Source of the DNA: Candidatus Latescibacterota bacterium
GTDB lineage: Bacteria; Latescibacterota; UBA2968; UBA8231
NCBI GenBank assembly: GCA_965206595.1
Contig: OZ242214.1
Location: 3,392,001 to 3,456,000 of the forward strand
Length of the DNA stretch: 64,000 nt
Direction of reading: 5' to 3'
Shown: piece after piece, positions 62,911-64,000 of the stretch
Layout: every line of letters starts with the position of its first letter
Numbering within the stretch: position 1 is the first letter of the stretch
Position numbers and translations under genes: made by a program
The notes under the pieces: model-generated
Databases searched by the model: none
What the model saw: only the letters and a program-made list of their open reading frames with translations
Told to the model about the DNA's origin: nothing

Positions 62911-64000
62911 GTCCCCAATCTCATATGTGGTTTCGGTTAGGTCCGTGATGTCGTGGGATTCCCACTCCTTAGGGTCCCCCGAATCGACTTTCTCCCTCCA
63001 CTCCACTTGGTATCCCACGGCCTCCCAACTTTCCGGAAGAGAATCCCACGATACCGTGAGCTTCGCCGAGCCGGGCGTTACCATAACGTTGGCAGGGCCG
63101 GTCTTCGTGCTAGGCTCCGCTCGGACACCGCCGGCGAACAACGACACGGCCAGTCCGGCGAGCATTCCTACGCGCAGCCATTTCATGGATTCTTGGTGGC
63201 AATTATTCATCGAGGCTTCTTCTCCCTTGGGAAACCGCGTTTCAGGCAGTTTTCGGATGGATCTGGCAGTTTCGATATGATCGGATATCGCTAGTAATCC
63301 GGGCCCCTGGAGGCGTCCATTTCCGACCCGGGGGACTTGGAAGGAACCGGGCCGCATGTGGCCAAATAGGCCATTTCCCGGGGGTCAATTCCGGGGGTGG
63401 GCAGGTCCCATAACTGGCGGGCGTCGGCCTCGGGCACCCTGGCGTCGATGAAGCTGCCGAAGGCGCGGTGCTCGGGTCGCCAGGTCGGCGCGGGCCAGTT
63501 CGGAGAGGTCGACCCGGATCTCGGGCCCGACCCTGGCCTGCCGTTCGACCTCCAGGCGGCGAGGCAACCCGGGGGGGGGCGGCGGCGTGGAAGTGGGCGC
63601 CAGCCGTCGCGGGTGTCGACGGCCTCAGTAACGCCGCAAACGGCCAGCAGGGTCCGCCCAGGCGGCGGTGCGCTGGGAAACCAGGGGATCGGACGGATGG
63701 GCGCAGAGGCGTTGCGGTACGCCGTGGACCCCGGAAGGGTCGCGGAGATACCACAGAATGGTCAGGCTGGGGGCCTTCCGGGCTTAACGCAGGAACCGGG
63801 TTTTGGCCGCTTTATCGTCGCCCTCGAAAGGTTGGGCCCTACCCACCAGTGGCCGCCCTGGCCGAGGACTTCGCTGCTGAGGTGGGGGCCTTCAGGCGCG
63901 AGGCCAGTTCGCCTGATATGGTTGCCCCCGGGCGGCGGTCGCCCTCTTCAGGGGGTTCGCCCCGGGTCCGATTCCCAGGTCAGGAGAACCAATACCAGCC

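Larger units (their letters stand above)
52343..63210 (-). pseudogene. giant secreted protein (~3230 aa rebuilt): signal peptide, ~21 FN3 domains, P/Q linker, PKD, EF-hand/dockerin-like, cohesin-like, FlgD-Ig; split by IS630 in its first FN3 domain
   Basis: MKWLRVGMLAGLAVSLFAGGVRA signal; repeated Y.V.WKSG...Y.VRV.A. Excision restores YEIGDL-GGDKEYEVQV. Ends NYPNPFNPET...SGIYLYRL...KKMLLLK. Confidence 0.88.

Noticed and set aside
63300-63900. Upstream region of the FN3 gene (G9 run, repeated GGGGGCCTTC) as a riboswitch or phase-variable element
   Set aside because: No recognisable consensus; the G run is far from the start codon and no supported ORF contains it.
63906-63991. tRNA-like look: GTTCGCCTGA...TCAGGAGAAC-CA pairing, a T-arm-like GGGTCCGATTCCC and CTTCA (Sec-like anticodon)
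   Set aside because: No proper D-arm or anticodon stem, and the T-loop lacks TTC. The minus strand reads as a plausible gene end (LVLVLLTWESDPGRTP*). tRNAscan-SE or Aragorn would settle it.

Overview
GC-rich bacterial DNA. Secreted proteins ending in a 'YPNPFN' FlgD-Ig module or a 'SWGQLK' tail, cohesin/EF-hand-like modules and many repeat proteins (ankyrin, NHL, Kelch, FN3) suggest a Latescibacterota-like, possibly host-associated organism; this is inference only. From left to right: a large secreted Ig/ASH-repeat protein; a dnaE2 plus imuB-like mutagenesis cassette; and, divergent from it, a SAMHD1/YwfO-like HD dNTPase with a YwgA/Panacea-like partner (candidate toxin-antitoxin or defence pair). 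A ~15 kb defence island follows, with Lamassu (ABC-3C), a single-chain restriction-modification enzyme, a HEPN protein and a SNF2-SWIM pair whose SWIM protein has a histone-H1-like tail. Both putative toxic effectors are split by IS elements and can be rebuilt in frame. The rest holds metabolic genes, eroded gene fragments, a double beta-barrel gene hit by IS630 elements, two type II TA modules and a ~3200-aa FN3 surface protein split by IS630. Five IS elements were delimited by hand (IS5, IS1380, three IS630). No rRNA, convincing tRNA or CRISPR array was seen. Several frameshifts sit in homopolymers and may be sequencing errors. All family assignments come from motif reading, not database searches.
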